Under the pieces are notes generated by a model that searched no databases, was not told where the DNA came from, and was given only the letters and a program-made list of their open reading frames with translations. The translations under genes and the position numbers were made by a program. From Candidatus Latescibacterota bacterium (lineage in GTDB: Bacteria; Latescibacterota; UBA2968), in the NCBI GenBank assembly GCA_965116885.1, contig OZ220741.1:3104001-3168000 (forward strand): 64,000 bases of DNA. Reading direction: 5' to 3'. This document shows positions 38,980 through 48,129 of the stretch, piece by piece; the stretch's first letter is position 1; each line of letters begins with the position of its first letter.

Positions 38980-40293
38980 TTAATAAACCTTGTCGTCTTC
39001 GTTTTTCTTTTCAAGGGTATTTTCCCAACGGCGTTCGGGAGATTGGGGCGCGCGATCGATGAGTTTGTTGGGTTTGCCCATCTGTTTGACCAGGTCAAAA
39101 GCGTCGTAGAGTTCGCCCACTGCGGTCATTGCGCGATAGCTCAGGGTGTCGTCCGAGACGGTGATGACCTGATAAAGTTGTGTATTTTCCGCACCGCGCG
39201 TCATCCAGCGGTCTTTTCTGAGTTTGTATTGTTTGGGACCGCTGACCGATACGACGTACACTGTGCCTTTGGTTGAGTCGCGCACGGTTACGCCGTTGCC
39301 GATGTTGTTTCCTCTGGCATACGTATGGTCGTGCCCCTGGAGCACCAGATCGACAGCGTATTTGTCAAAGACGGGTTTCCACGCTTCGCGCAGGTCTTTG
39401 TTGTCGCGGCCATCGGATGCGGAATAGACCGGGTGATGGAATGTGACAAAGGTCCATTTATTGGGGTTGTTTTTGAGCACTTGTTCCAACCAGGGGACCT
39501 GTTCTTCACGGCCTTCATTGGAATTGAGCGAGATGATGCGCGCCCCCTGATAGTCTGTGTAATAGATGGTTTCCTCAAAGCCTTTGGGTCCATTTTCTGG
39601 CAGGGTGAAATGCGGACGCCATAGAACAGATAGATGGCGTGTGACCCCATTTTTATAGTATTCGTGATTCCCCGGCGTGGGAATGCTGGGGATTTTTGCA
39701 TGGATCCAGTCGCCAGATTCAAACCATTCTTCCCATTCGCTGTCCCTGTTTGCACGGTTGACGAGGTCGCCAGCGTGGATGATAAAATCGGCGTGGGGGG
39801 CGTCGAGCACAGCAGTTCGGATGGTGCGTGCCCACAGGGCGAGCAAATTGTTTTGTGCATCGCCAAAATAGATGAAGGTGAATTCATCTGGTTCGACTGA
39901 GGCCGTGCGAAATTGATACCAGGAACTCCAGATGTCGCCACTGCCTACGCGATAGGCGTAGAGGGTATTGGGCTTGAGGTCCTTGAATGTGACCGAATGG
40001 AAATGGGCAGTATTGCCATCGTGTTCCCATTTTTCAGTGCGCGCGTTTTCGCTTTTGGCCCATGTGACAAAATTGGCCGAGGCTTTGGCCTCTGCGATCT
40101 GGCCTTCGGCTTGTGTGATACTCGTATCGGTGCGCCATGTGACCGATGCCGTGGTGGTGGGATCTCCCGACCAGTTGAGTACAATGCGGTCGGGGATTTT
40201 TGAGGGTATGGAATCTACGGCAGCACGGTAATGCTCGTTTGCATAAGCCGGGACTGTGAATAGGAGCAGAAGGATGAGACAGATCGGGCGCAT
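38980..40293 (-). CDS. Purple-acid-phosphatase-like metallophosphoesterase with FN3 domain
   Basis: GDAQ, HAGDLV, GNHE, FHHP and GHDH motifs; start at MRPICL after a GGAG RBS. Confidence 0.9.
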   Translation of the reverse strand: MRPICLILLLLFTVPAYANEHYRAAVDSIPSKIPDRIVLNWSGDPTTTASVTWRTDTSITQAEGQIAEAKASANFVTWAKSENARTEKWEHDGNTAHFHSVTFKDLKPNTLYAYRVGSGDIWSSWYQFRTASVEPDEFTFIYFGDAQNNLLALWARTIRTAVLDAPHADFIIHAGDLVNRANRDSEWEEWFESGDWIHAKIPSIPTPGNHEYYKNGVTRHLSVLWRPHFTLPENGPKGFEETIYYTDYQGARIISLNSNEGREEQVPWLEQVLKNNPNKWTFVTFHHPVYSASDGRDNKDLREAWKPVFDKYAVDLVLQGHDHTYARGNNIGNGVTVRDSTKGTVYVVSVSGPKQYKLRKDRWMTRGAENTQLYQVITVSDDTLSYRAMTAVGELYDAFDLVKQMGKPNKLIDRAPQSPERRWENTLEKKNEDDKVY

Positions 40294-40384
40294 GGTGGTC
40301 TCCAGGTGAGAATGTGGGATTGATGTTTCTCTTACAAAGATATACAATGCGTTCCAAATTAAAAAGGCGAAACGCAACTTTTAT

Positions 40385-41134
40385 TCAATCAATTTCAAGA
40401 GAGATTTCGTTGTTGAGTTGTTCGCGTTCGGAGCGAGAATCGGTTGTGGCATAGTGGAGGATGAGGGCTTTGCGCCATGTGTCTGTGTGATTGATTTCGC
40501 TGTGGTGCAGGGTGCAGCCGTGGTGAAAGATGACAGATCCTGCTGGCACGGGACAGGCGACGGATTCGGGGAGTTCGATATTTTTTGTATCGGGTATGTG
40601 ATGTACGGGGCGGTCCGGATCATGGGTGATGTCAAAGATGCCGTGTCTGTGTGAGCCGGGTACATAACGCATACAGCCATTGGTATTTGTGGACTCGTCT
40701 AAGGCAATCCAGGCGGTGACGAGACCATTGATGGGTTGTACGCGAAAATAGCTCTGGTCCTGATGCGGTGGTTTTGCCTGACCGCCCGGTGGTTTGAGCA
40801 GCATTTGATCGCGAAAAACGCGAATGCGCGGTCCGATCAGGCCGCGCACGAGTGCGAGTAATTTGGGGTGTTTGGCAATGGGGTGATAGGTGGGGTCAAA
40901 GCGCACGACAAATGCGAGAACGCGTACACTGTGATTTTCCGCTTCTGGGTCTGATTTGTCTGTTACGGTATTGCCTTCATGTCCAATCGAGATACCTTCG
41001 GGTGCTCGATCCGGGTCGGCTACAATCTCGTCGGTGCGATGAATAACGTCGGCGAGTTCTTCTTTTTGAAAGAGGCTTTTTACGACGAGATAGCCGTGGG
41101 TGTCGTAAAATGTTTTCATCTTGGATTCAAACAC
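40385..41134 (-). CDS. Phytanoyl-CoA dioxygenase (PhyH) family protein
   Basis: KPPGG..KPPHQD, WIALD, NGCMRYVPGSH and LHHS motifs. Confidence 0.9.
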   Translation of the reverse strand: MFESKMKTFYDTHGYLVVKSLFQKEELADVIHRTDEIVADPDRAPEGISIGHEGNTVTDKSDPEAENHSVRVLAFVVRFDPTYHPIAKHPKLLALVRGLIGPRIRVFRDQMLLKPPGGQAKPPHQDQSYFRVQPINGLVTAWIALDESTNTNGCMRYVPGSHRHGIFDITHDPDRPVHHIPDTKNIELPESVACPVPAGSVIFHHGCTLHHSEINHTDTWRKALILHYATTDSRSEREQLNNEISLEID

Positions 41135-41260
41135 GGTGTTCTCCTTTAGATGCGGAAAATACAGGTTTGAACCCAGGATGTCAAGCGTGTGAATCGGGGG
41201 CTGGAGGCTGGTTGGGTAGTCCTCTCACCTCTTACGTCTTACGTCTCCCCTTTTACTTCA

Positions 41261-43657
41261 TTACTCATACCGCAATGCTTCCACGGGATTTGCTCGTGCA
41301 GCTTTGATGGCTTGATAGCTGACGGTCAGAATTGCGATGAGCAAGGCGATGAGGCCGCTCAGGATAAATGTGCTGATGCCCAGGTCGATGCGGTACGCGA
41401 AGCTCTGTAGCCACTGGTTCATCGCGTAGTATGCAATTGGCCATGCGATGAGATTGGCAATGAGGACGAGTTTGAGAAAGTCTTTGGAGAGCAGGCACAC
41501 AATGCCTGAGACAGAGGCACCGAGGATTTTGCGAATGCCGATTTCTTTGGTGCGCTGTTGGGTGGTAAATGCAGCCAGACCAAAGAGACCGAGGCAGGCG
41601 ATGAGGATGGCGAGGCCGGAAAAGATTTGGAATACATGGGACATTTGTTGTTCGCGATTGTAGAGTCTGGCGTAATCCTGGTCTAAGAATGTGTAGTTGA
41701 ACGGCTGATTTGGGGCGAGCTTTTTCCAGGTTTCTTCAACAGCAGAAATGGCTTCTGCGACATTGCCTGGATGGAGGCGAATGGCGAGGTACATTGGAAA
41801 CCAGCGTAGATAGGGCAATACGAGCGGTTTGATTTCCTGCTTGAGTGAGCCGATGTGGAAATCGGAGACCACGCCGATAATTGGGCCTTCCATTCTGCCG
41901 CCTATGCTGAGTTTTTTTCCAAGTGCGGTTTGCCACCCCAGTGCTTTGACAGCGGATTGGTTGACGAGAAATGCAGAGACATCTGTTGCATGTTCTGTGG
42001 GGGAAAAGTTGCGGCCCTCTACAATTTCTATATTCAGTGCCTCGACGTATTTTTCATCTGCCATTGTGTATGTGAGGGATGTTTCTTCGTAGTTTGCCGG
42101 TTGTTCCGGTTTGAAGCGCATAGAATCAAAAGTTCGCCCCGGTACGCCCGTATTGAGTGAGGCTGTAGCTACCTGCGGCAGCGTTTCGAATTGGTCTCTG
42201 AATGTGATCAAATTTTGGAAAACTCGTTTGGGTGTGGTCTGCTGGGTGCGCGGCACACCCTGAAGAACAAGGACGTGTTCTTTGTCAAATCCGAGATGTT
42301 TATTTTGCGCGAAATGAAGCTGGTTGCGAACGACGAGGGTGCCGACCAGGAGACTGATGGAAATGCAAAACTGTGCGATGACCAATCCGTTGCGAAGATA
42401 GGCTTTGCTCGATGATATATATCCTTTGAGCGCTGTAACAGGCCAGAATGAGGAGAGGTAAAGAGCTGGATACATGCCGGATAGGAGGCCGACGACGATG
42501 ATGAGGGAAAATAATCCAATGAGCACCTGGGGCGCGATCAGGCTGCCCATTGTGAGGTGTTTGCTGGCAAGACTGTTGAGGAGTGGTAGCCCCAATTCAC
42601 ACATACCAATTGCCAGAAGACTTGAAAAGGCGACGCATATGGTGGATTCAGAGAAGAATTGGCGAATGAGTTGCGAGCGGTGAGAGCCGAGGACTTTTCT
42701 AACGCCGACTTCGCGGGCACGGGTTGCTGAACGCGCTGTGGAGAGGTTGACGAAGTTAATACAGGCGAGTAGAAGGACAAAAATTGCGATGAGTGAGAAG
42801 ATATAGATATACATGATGTTGCTATTTGCAGTGATCTCGTGTCTGAGGTTGGAATATAGATGGATGTCTGTGAGGGGCTGGATGAGGTAGTTGGTGTGGT
42901 AGCCGGGCATGGATGGCATTTTGCTCAAGATGTGTTCGTGAACGTAAGCTGTAAATTTGGTTTGCAATTCAGAGGCAGATGCCCCGTTTTTTAATAAGAG
43001 GTACGTGTAAACAGTGGCCGATCCCCAGTCTGATTTTCTGCGCTCGATAATGGGGAGTGTTTTGAGGGGGGCGAGAAAGTCGAAGTGAAAGTGGGATTGG
43101 GGTGGGAATGCTTTGACTATGCCCGTGACCTGGAGCGATGTACCATTGTTGAGTTCAAGGGTTTGTCCCATTGGATCGCGATTGGGAAAGTAACGCTGCG
43201 CGCTTTGTTCGGTGAGGATGACTGCATTGGGGGCATTGAGTGCTGTTGCGGGATCTCCCGCGATGAAGGGGACGGTAAAGATGTCGAAAAAGCTGCTTTC
43301 TGCGTAGTAGAAATTTTTCTCGATGACGTAATTCGACTCTTGACGGATTGTTTGGCTTTCTCGTCTCAATCGCGTGCTGTAGGTTACCTCCGGATATCGT
43401 TCTTTCAGTGTTTCAGATATGGGTACCGATACATAGGGCGTGGTCCATTCGTTGTCGCCGTATCGGGCATCCCACAAAACGCGATAGATTTGATCGGCAT
43501 TTTTGTGAAATTTATCGTAGCTCAGTTCATCCTGTACAAAGAGCATGATCAACATGCAGCACGCAATACCAACGGCGAGTCCAGAGATGTTGACAAAAGA
43601 ATAGACTTTGTGACGCAAGAGTGTGCGGATGGCGACGGTGATGTGGTTTTTGAACAT
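41261..43657 (-). CDS. MacB/FtsX-type ABC transporter permease
   Basis: INFVNLSTARS..RAREVGVRK and RTKEIGIRKILGAS motifs, NPVEALRYE terminus. Confidence 0.92.
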   Translation of the reverse strand: MFKNHITVAIRTLLRHKVYSFVNISGLAVGIACCMLIMLFVQDELSYDKFHKNADQIYRVLWDARYGDNEWTTPYVSVPISETLKERYPEVTYSTRLRRESQTIRQESNYVIEKNFYYAESSFFDIFTVPFIAGDPATALNAPNAVILTEQSAQRYFPNRDPMGQTLELNNGTSLQVTGIVKAFPPQSHFHFDFLAPLKTLPIIERRKSDWGSATVYTYLLLKNGASASELQTKFTAYVHEHILSKMPSMPGYHTNYLIQPLTDIHLYSNLRHEITANSNIMYIYIFSLIAIFVLLLACINFVNLSTARSATRAREVGVRKVLGSHRSQLIRQFFSESTICVAFSSLLAIGMCELGLPLLNSLASKHLTMGSLIAPQVLIGLFSLIIVVGLLSGMYPALYLSSFWPVTALKGYISSSKAYLRNGLVIAQFCISISLLVGTLVVRNQLHFAQNKHLGFDKEHVLVLQGVPRTQQTTPKRVFQNLITFRDQFETLPQVATASLNTGVPGRTFDSMRFKPEQPANYEETSLTYTMADEKYVEALNIEIVEGRNFSPTEHATDVSAFLVNQSAVKALGWQTALGKKLSIGGRMEGPIIGVVSDFHIGSLKQEIKPLVLPYLRWFPMYLAIRLHPGNVAEAISAVEETWKKLAPNQPFNYTFLDQDYARLYNREQQMSHVFQIFSGLAILIACLGLFGLAAFTTQQRTKEIGIRKILGASVSGIVCLLSKDFLKLVLIANLIAWPIAYYAMNQWLQSFAYRIDLGISTFILSGLIALLIAILTVSYQAIKAARANPVEALRYE

Positions 43658-43707
43658 GGTTCCTCCTGTTGAAATATAAGATAGGCGATCAAGTGGTATT
43701 TTTTAAT

Positions 43708-43724
43708 AGCAATAACCGTGCCAA
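43708..43724 (-). promoter_or_regulatory. Sigma-54 (-24/-12) promoter of the ABC permease
   Basis: TTGGCACGGTTATTGCT matches TGGCACG-N4-TTGC. Confidence 0.85.
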
Positions 43725-43787
43725 AAACCCTTTGTGTATATTTTTCAATAGTTTAAGAGAAAACAGAAATTTGACACCCTCACACAA

Positions 43788-43826
43788 GTGTCCGATAATG
43801 ATACAGTAGTGTCCGTTTTCGGACAC
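43788..43826. promoter_or_regulatory. Tandem enhancer (UAS) sites for a sigma-54 activator
   Basis: Palindrome GTGTCCG-TTTT-CGGACAC plus the degenerate copy GTGTCCGATAATGATACA 21 bp away. Confidence 0.7.
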
Positions 43827-43857
43827 TTGGGCATAAATAATCTATGTCTTGACATTA

Positions 43858-43900
43858 AACTATTTTGAAGTAAATTCCAAAATAGTTCAACTAATTTGGA
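43858..43900. promoter_or_regulatory. Operator-like inverted repeats upstream of the AAA ATPase
   Basis: AACTATTTTG-N10-CAAAATAGTT followed by a third half-site AACTAATTTGG next to the RBS. Confidence 0.55.
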
Positions 43901-43912
43901 GGAAAGTTCAAA

Positions 43913-45079
43913 ATGGTACACTATTCTCGGCGTTTAAAAATCGATTTGCCCAACCGGCAATCGGCTTTTTTGTGGGGACCGCGAAAAACGGGTAAATCTA
44001 CATATCTCAAACAGGTGTTTCCCAACAGTCTGGTCTATGATTTCCTGAAGACGGATTTGATGCTGGATTTCAATCGGCGGCCAGCCATGTTGCGCGAGCA
44101 AGTTCTTGCACAGTCTGAAGCATTATTGAAACATCCGATTATCCTGGACGAGGTGCAGCGCGTGCCGCTTTTATTGGATGAGGTGCATTGGCTGATAGAA
44201 AATCGGGGATTGCGTTTTATTTTATGTGGTTCCAGTGCGCGAAAACTCAAGCGGGGACGGGCCAATTTGCTCGGTGGACGTGCCTGGCGATATGAAATGT
44301 TTCCATTGGTGACAGATGAGTTGCCTGACGTCGATATAGATCTCTTGAGGATTTTGAATCGCGGCCTGATTCCCGATCATTTTGCCAGCACGCAATATCG
44401 CCGTTCTCTAAATGCTTATGTGCAAGATTACTTAAAAGAAGAAGTTTTTGACGAGGGGTTGACGCGCAATATCCCGGCATTTTCCAGATTTTTTGATGCG
44501 ATGGGATACTCTCACGGCGAGTTGACTAATTTTTCGAATATTGCACGGGAATGTGGCGTGAGTTCCAAGACTGTGAAGGAGTATTATCAAATTCTCGTCG
44601 ATACACTTTTGGGTAAAATGGTTGAACCTTTTAAGAGACGACAAAGCAGGCAGGTTATTTCCAGAGCGTCCAAGTTTTATTTATTTGATGTGGGTGTGGC
44701 TGGTGTACTTGCAAAACGGCATTTGGAGGATGCCCAGGGCATAACTTTTGGCAAAGCGTTTGAGCATTTTATTTTTTCCGAATTGATGGCACACGCTTCT
44801 TATAGTGCGTTACATTACGATGTTCATTTTTGGCGCACGAAGTCGGGGTTAGAGGTTGATTTTGTACTGGGCAATGGCGAGGTGGCAATTGAGGCCAAAG
44901 GTACAAGTCGGGTAGATAACAGGGTGCTTCAACCTATGCGTGCATTTATCGATGAATTTGCGCCCAGTAAAGCTATAGTTGTTTGCAATGAAACGGCGGA
45001 ACGCGTTGTTGGCCCAATTCGCATTGTGCCCTGGAAGATGTTTCTCCAATCTCTATGGGCAGGTGATGTGATTTCATGA
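43913..45079 (+). CDS. AAA_14/DUF4143 ATPase with C-terminal PD-(D/E)xK-like domain
   Basis: GPRKTGKST, ILDEVQ, CGSSA, KFYLFDVG and EVDFV...IEAK motifs. Confidence 0.88.
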   Translation: MVHYSRRLKIDLPNRQSAFLWGPRKTGKSTYLKQVFPNSLVYDFLKTDLMLDFNRRPAMLREQVLAQSEALLKHPIILDEVQRVPLLLDEVHWLIENRGLRFILCGSSARKLKRGRANLLGGRAWRYEMFPLVTDELPDVDIDLLRILNRGLIPDHFASTQYRRSLNAYVQDYLKEEVFDEGLTRNIPAFSRFFDAMGYSHGELTNFSNIARECGVSSKTVKEYYQILVDTLLGKMVEPFKRRQSRQVISRASKFYLFDVGVAGVLAKRHLEDAQGITFGKAFEHFIFSELMAHASYSALHYDVHFWRTKSGLEVDFVLGNGEVAIEAKGTSRVDNRVLQPMRAFIDEFAPSKAIVVCNETAERVVGPIRIVPWKMFLQSLWAGDVIS

Positions 45080-46420
45080 TGGGCGCAGGCTTCCCAGTTG
45101 AAACCGGCGGGGATCACCGAGGCGTTTTTCCAGTGCTTTGGGTGTCCAGTTGGTGTGTGTGAGTGCCCAGTCGATTTCGCTGGCGAGCGGACTGTCGAAG
45201 ATGCCGGGGTCGTCTGCGCCGATGACGAGGTTGACATTTGATTTGAGGAATGTGTGGATGGGGTGATGGGCGGGATCGGGTACGCCGCCGATGCGGAGGT
45301 TGGAGGTGGGGCACGTTTCTATGACTGTGCCGAGTTGTGTGAGGCGGTTGAGAACAAATTGCTGGCGGTTGCGGATTTCTTCGAGGCGTTGGGGATTATA
45401 TGGGCGCTCGACTATTTCGTCAGGTGCTTGATTTTCCAGAGTTTGTCGTTCGGTTTGGAGCGCGCTGGCGTTCACTTCGATATCGAAAGCCGAAAGTTCT
45501 GAAGCGTGCGTGAGATCGTAGGCGATCTGGTCGAGGCGTTCGCTGACCCGTTCTTTTGTGTGTGCATCGGGGCGGCGCGCAATCGCCACTGCCGGGTCGA
45601 GTCCGAGTGCCGTAGCATGGCCCAATCGCCTGACACCCATTTCGGCAGCTTCGTGACACCAGCGTATCGCGCTTTCGAGGGATTTGTCAAAATAACTTTC
45701 GCCTACGTGATAGGTGATTTCGAGGGCGCGTTCAGGGCGTTGCTGGTTGTCTTTGTGTACGCGTTGGAAGAGTGCGCGGTTGTCTTTGGGGGGGTAGCCT
45801 TCTTCGATGTCGGCAAAGTCAATGCCGACGATGGTGGGTATGAGTTCGGGGTTTTCATCTATGAGTTCTTGCACCCATTCGTATTCTTGTTGCGCGGTTG
45901 ATCGGCGCAGGGTGACGATGTAACGCGCGGTTGTGTTGTTTTGCGATGCGTTTGAGAGGATTTGGGCATTTGTGCTGTGAAAGTCGATGAATGACGCTCG
46001 CGTTTCCCCACCACCGCTACAACGGTATTCGATAAAGGTGATACCTTCTTTGCGATGCCGTTCATGTGCTTTGAAAAACGCCTTGATCAGGAGTTCCTGT
46101 CTTTGGGGTGGGTGTCTCAAAAGGCTGCTGATGAGGTTGAATTTGGCTTTAAACCGACCGAAGTCGCCCCCGTCTTTTTCGGTGTAGATGTAGTGTTCTT
46201 TAAATTTGGCCAGTCCCTCGGTTGGATTGGATAGAGCATCGCGATAGAGCGCTATGGGATCCGGGCGAATACCATAAGCTGCTTCGTAGGCGTCTGTAAA
46301 TAGCGTCCAGTCAATGTCTTCGTAAAAGTCTTTGCCGAGTTCTATGAGGTCTTCGGCGGTCAAGCATCCGCCGGGATGGACATGGAGTTCGCAAGTTTTG
46401 GCTAAGTGGAGTGGGGGCAT
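45074..46420 (-). CDS. Adenosine deaminase-like amidohydrolase
   Basis: ELHVHPGG, HVGES, RLGHA, CPTSN and ADDPG motifs. Confidence 0.82.
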   Translation of the reverse strand: MPPLHLAKTCELHVHPGGCLTAEDLIELGKDFYEDIDWTLFTDAYEAAYGIRPDPIALYRDALSNPTEGLAKFKEHYIYTEKDGGDFGRFKAKFNLISSLLRHPPQRQELLIKAFFKAHERHRKEGITFIEYRCSGGGETRASFIDFHSTNAQILSNASQNNTTARYIVTLRRSTAQQEYEWVQELIDENPELIPTIVGIDFADIEEGYPPKDNRALFQRVHKDNQQRPERALEITYHVGESYFDKSLESAIRWCHEAAEMGVRRLGHATALGLDPAVAIARRPDAHTKERVSERLDQIAYDLTHASELSAFDIEVNASALQTERQTLENQAPDEIVERPYNPQRLEEIRNRQQFVLNRLTQLGTVIETCPTSNLRIGGVPDPAHHPIHTFLKSNVNLVIGADDPGIFDSPLASEIDWALTHTNWTPKALEKRLGDPRRFQLGSLRPS

Positions 46421-46556
46421 GTATTATTCCTCTGGATTCGCGCGTTTTGAGCCTGTTGCACACAGAAAAGTTAAGAGAATTTGCAGATTGAGACAATAAG
46501 GAAAGACATACCTATTTTCAGATTAAAAAATGTCTCAAACTGGGACAATTCACCGC

Positions 46557-46585
46557 TTGACGCGGCTTACTATTTGTGATATTTT
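46557..46585 (+). promoter_or_regulatory. Putative sigma70 promoter of the small membrane protein gene
   Basis: TTGACG-N17-TATTTT with an extended -10 TG. Confidence 0.5.
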
Positions 46586-46607
46586 ATGAAGTGAAATAAT
46601 CGCGCAA

Positions 46608-46850
46608 ATGGAGGCTTACATGACCGCACAGTTGTTGATTTTTATGGGTGCAATGGTTTACCTGGGTTGGGTGTTTGTTCGATATTGGAAACGTCGCAAT
46701 CGCAAAGATGTCCCGTTTATTGAAGTGGTTGAAGATAAGCCCGTGAGTAAGCCGTATAGACAAAGGCGTATGCAAAAGAAAAAAGAGTCCGATGCCGACC
46801 GCGAGTGGCGCAAGCGCGTGCAAGACGAAATTGAAGATATGACAAAATAA
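46608..46850 (+). CDS. Small single-pass membrane protein
   Basis: N-terminal TM helix and charged tail; flanked by promoter and terminator; start may be ATG 46620 after GGAGG. Confidence 0.6.
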   Translation: MEAYMTAQLLIFMGAMVYLGWVFVRYWKRRNRKDVPFIEVVEDKPVSKPYRQRRMQKKKESDADREWRKRVQDEIEDMTK

Positions 46851-46895
46851 AGTCGCGGATTCATTAGTTCACGACAAACGCGGTCTATTACAAAT

Positions 46896-46927
46896 AAACC
46901 TCATCCTATTGGGTGGGGTTTTTATTT
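46896..46927 (+). terminator. Intrinsic terminator
   Basis: AAACCTCATCC-TATT-GGGTGGGGTTT followed by a T-rich tract. Confidence 0.7.
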
Positions 46928-47000
46928 GTACTTGCTCTTGAGCGATTTGCTTGCTACGTTACTCGTGAGCGAGCAAACCCTTTGAATTGGAATATTGGAT

Positions 47001-48128
47001 ATGCGCGAATATTTGATTATTGATGGACATCTCGATATGGCGTTTAACGCGCTGTTTTATCGCCGGGATCTCACGCAGTCTGTATATGTGTTGCGCGAGC
47101 GCGAAGACAGTATGGTGGGAGGATTGTCAAACCATCCGGATTCGCTGGAGAAACGACGGGGGCCACAACCCAAGCGGTTTACGCCAACTGTTTGTTTGCC
47201 CGAGATGCGCAAAGGGCGCGTGGGGATTATGCTTTCGACCATTATGTGTCGCGTGCAAAACCCACATGATAATACGCACAATGCGGTGCGCACACAGGAT
47301 GTGGCTTATGCGCGGGGGCAATCTCATCTGGCGTATTATCGGGCGTTGGAACGGTGTGGAGAAATTCGGTTTATCAAGTCTGTTGCAGATCTCAATACAT
47401 GTGTTGCAGACTGGGAAAATCCGTCTGACGATACACCTGTGGGGCTTATTTTGTCGATGGAAAGTGCCGATCCGATTCTGGGTCCTGACCAGGTGGGTGA
47501 ATGGTATGAGGCTGGCTTGAGATCGGTGTCTTTGACGCATTTTGGCGCCAATACGTATGGGCACGGTACGGGTACGGTGGGCGGGCTATATCCACCGGTT
47601 TACGCGCTGATGGATGCACTGTCGGAGACCGATATTGCGCTGGATCTGACGCATGCGGCAGACCTGACCTTCTGGCATATTCTCGATTATTGGAAGGGAC
47701 CCGTGCATGCCAGCCATTGCAATTGTCGCGCATTGGTGCCGGGGCAGAGGCATTTGTCGGACGATATGATCCGCGCGATCACAGACCGGGGTGGTGTAAT
47801 CGGGATGGTTTTTGCCGAGCAGATGCTGTCTCCAGCCTGGAATTGGGATGATCCGAGTACGCATTATACCACGGCAACCCGGCCGATGAAGGCGGTACTC
47901 GAACACATTGATCACATCTGCGAACTGACTGGCAGTACGGATCACGTGGCTTATGGCACAGATCTGGATGGTGGATTTGGTCTGGAGCTTTCGCCCACAG
48001 ATTATCATACGATTGACGATTTGCAGCGCTTTCTAAATCTCATGCGCGATCACGGCTATGGAGAAGACGACGTGAAGGGTTTTGCGCATGGGAATTTGGT
48101 TCGATTTTTTAATACAGCCTGGGGATGA
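47001..48128 (+). CDS. Membrane dipeptidase (peptidase M19) family protein
   Basis: DGHLD, MESAD, DLTH, ASHCNCR and GTDLDGG motifs. Confidence 0.88.
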   Translation: MREYLIIDGHLDMAFNALFYRRDLTQSVYVLREREDSMVGGLSNHPDSLEKRRGPQPKRFTPTVCLPEMRKGRVGIMLSTIMCRVQNPHDNTHNAVRTQDVAYARGQSHLAYYRALERCGEIRFIKSVADLNTCVADWENPSDDTPVGLILSMESADPILGPDQVGEWYEAGLRSVSLTHFGANTYGHGTGTVGGLYPPVYALMDALSETDIALDLTHAADLTFWHILDYWKGPVHASHCNCRALVPGQRHLSDDMIRAITDRGGVIGMVFAEQMLSPAWNWDDPSTHYTTATRPMKAVLEHIDHICELTGSTDHVAYGTDLDGGFGLELSPTDYHTIDDLQRFLNLMRDHGYGEDDVKGFAHGNLVRFFNTAWG

Positions 48129-48129
48129 C

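Noticed and set aside
43913..46420. AAA ATPase next to an adenosine deaminase, suggesting the RADAR (RdrA/RdrB) defence system
   Set aside because: The genes are convergent rather than co-transcribed, both are much shorter than RdrA and RdrB, and the ATPase is of the AAA_14/DUF4143 type.
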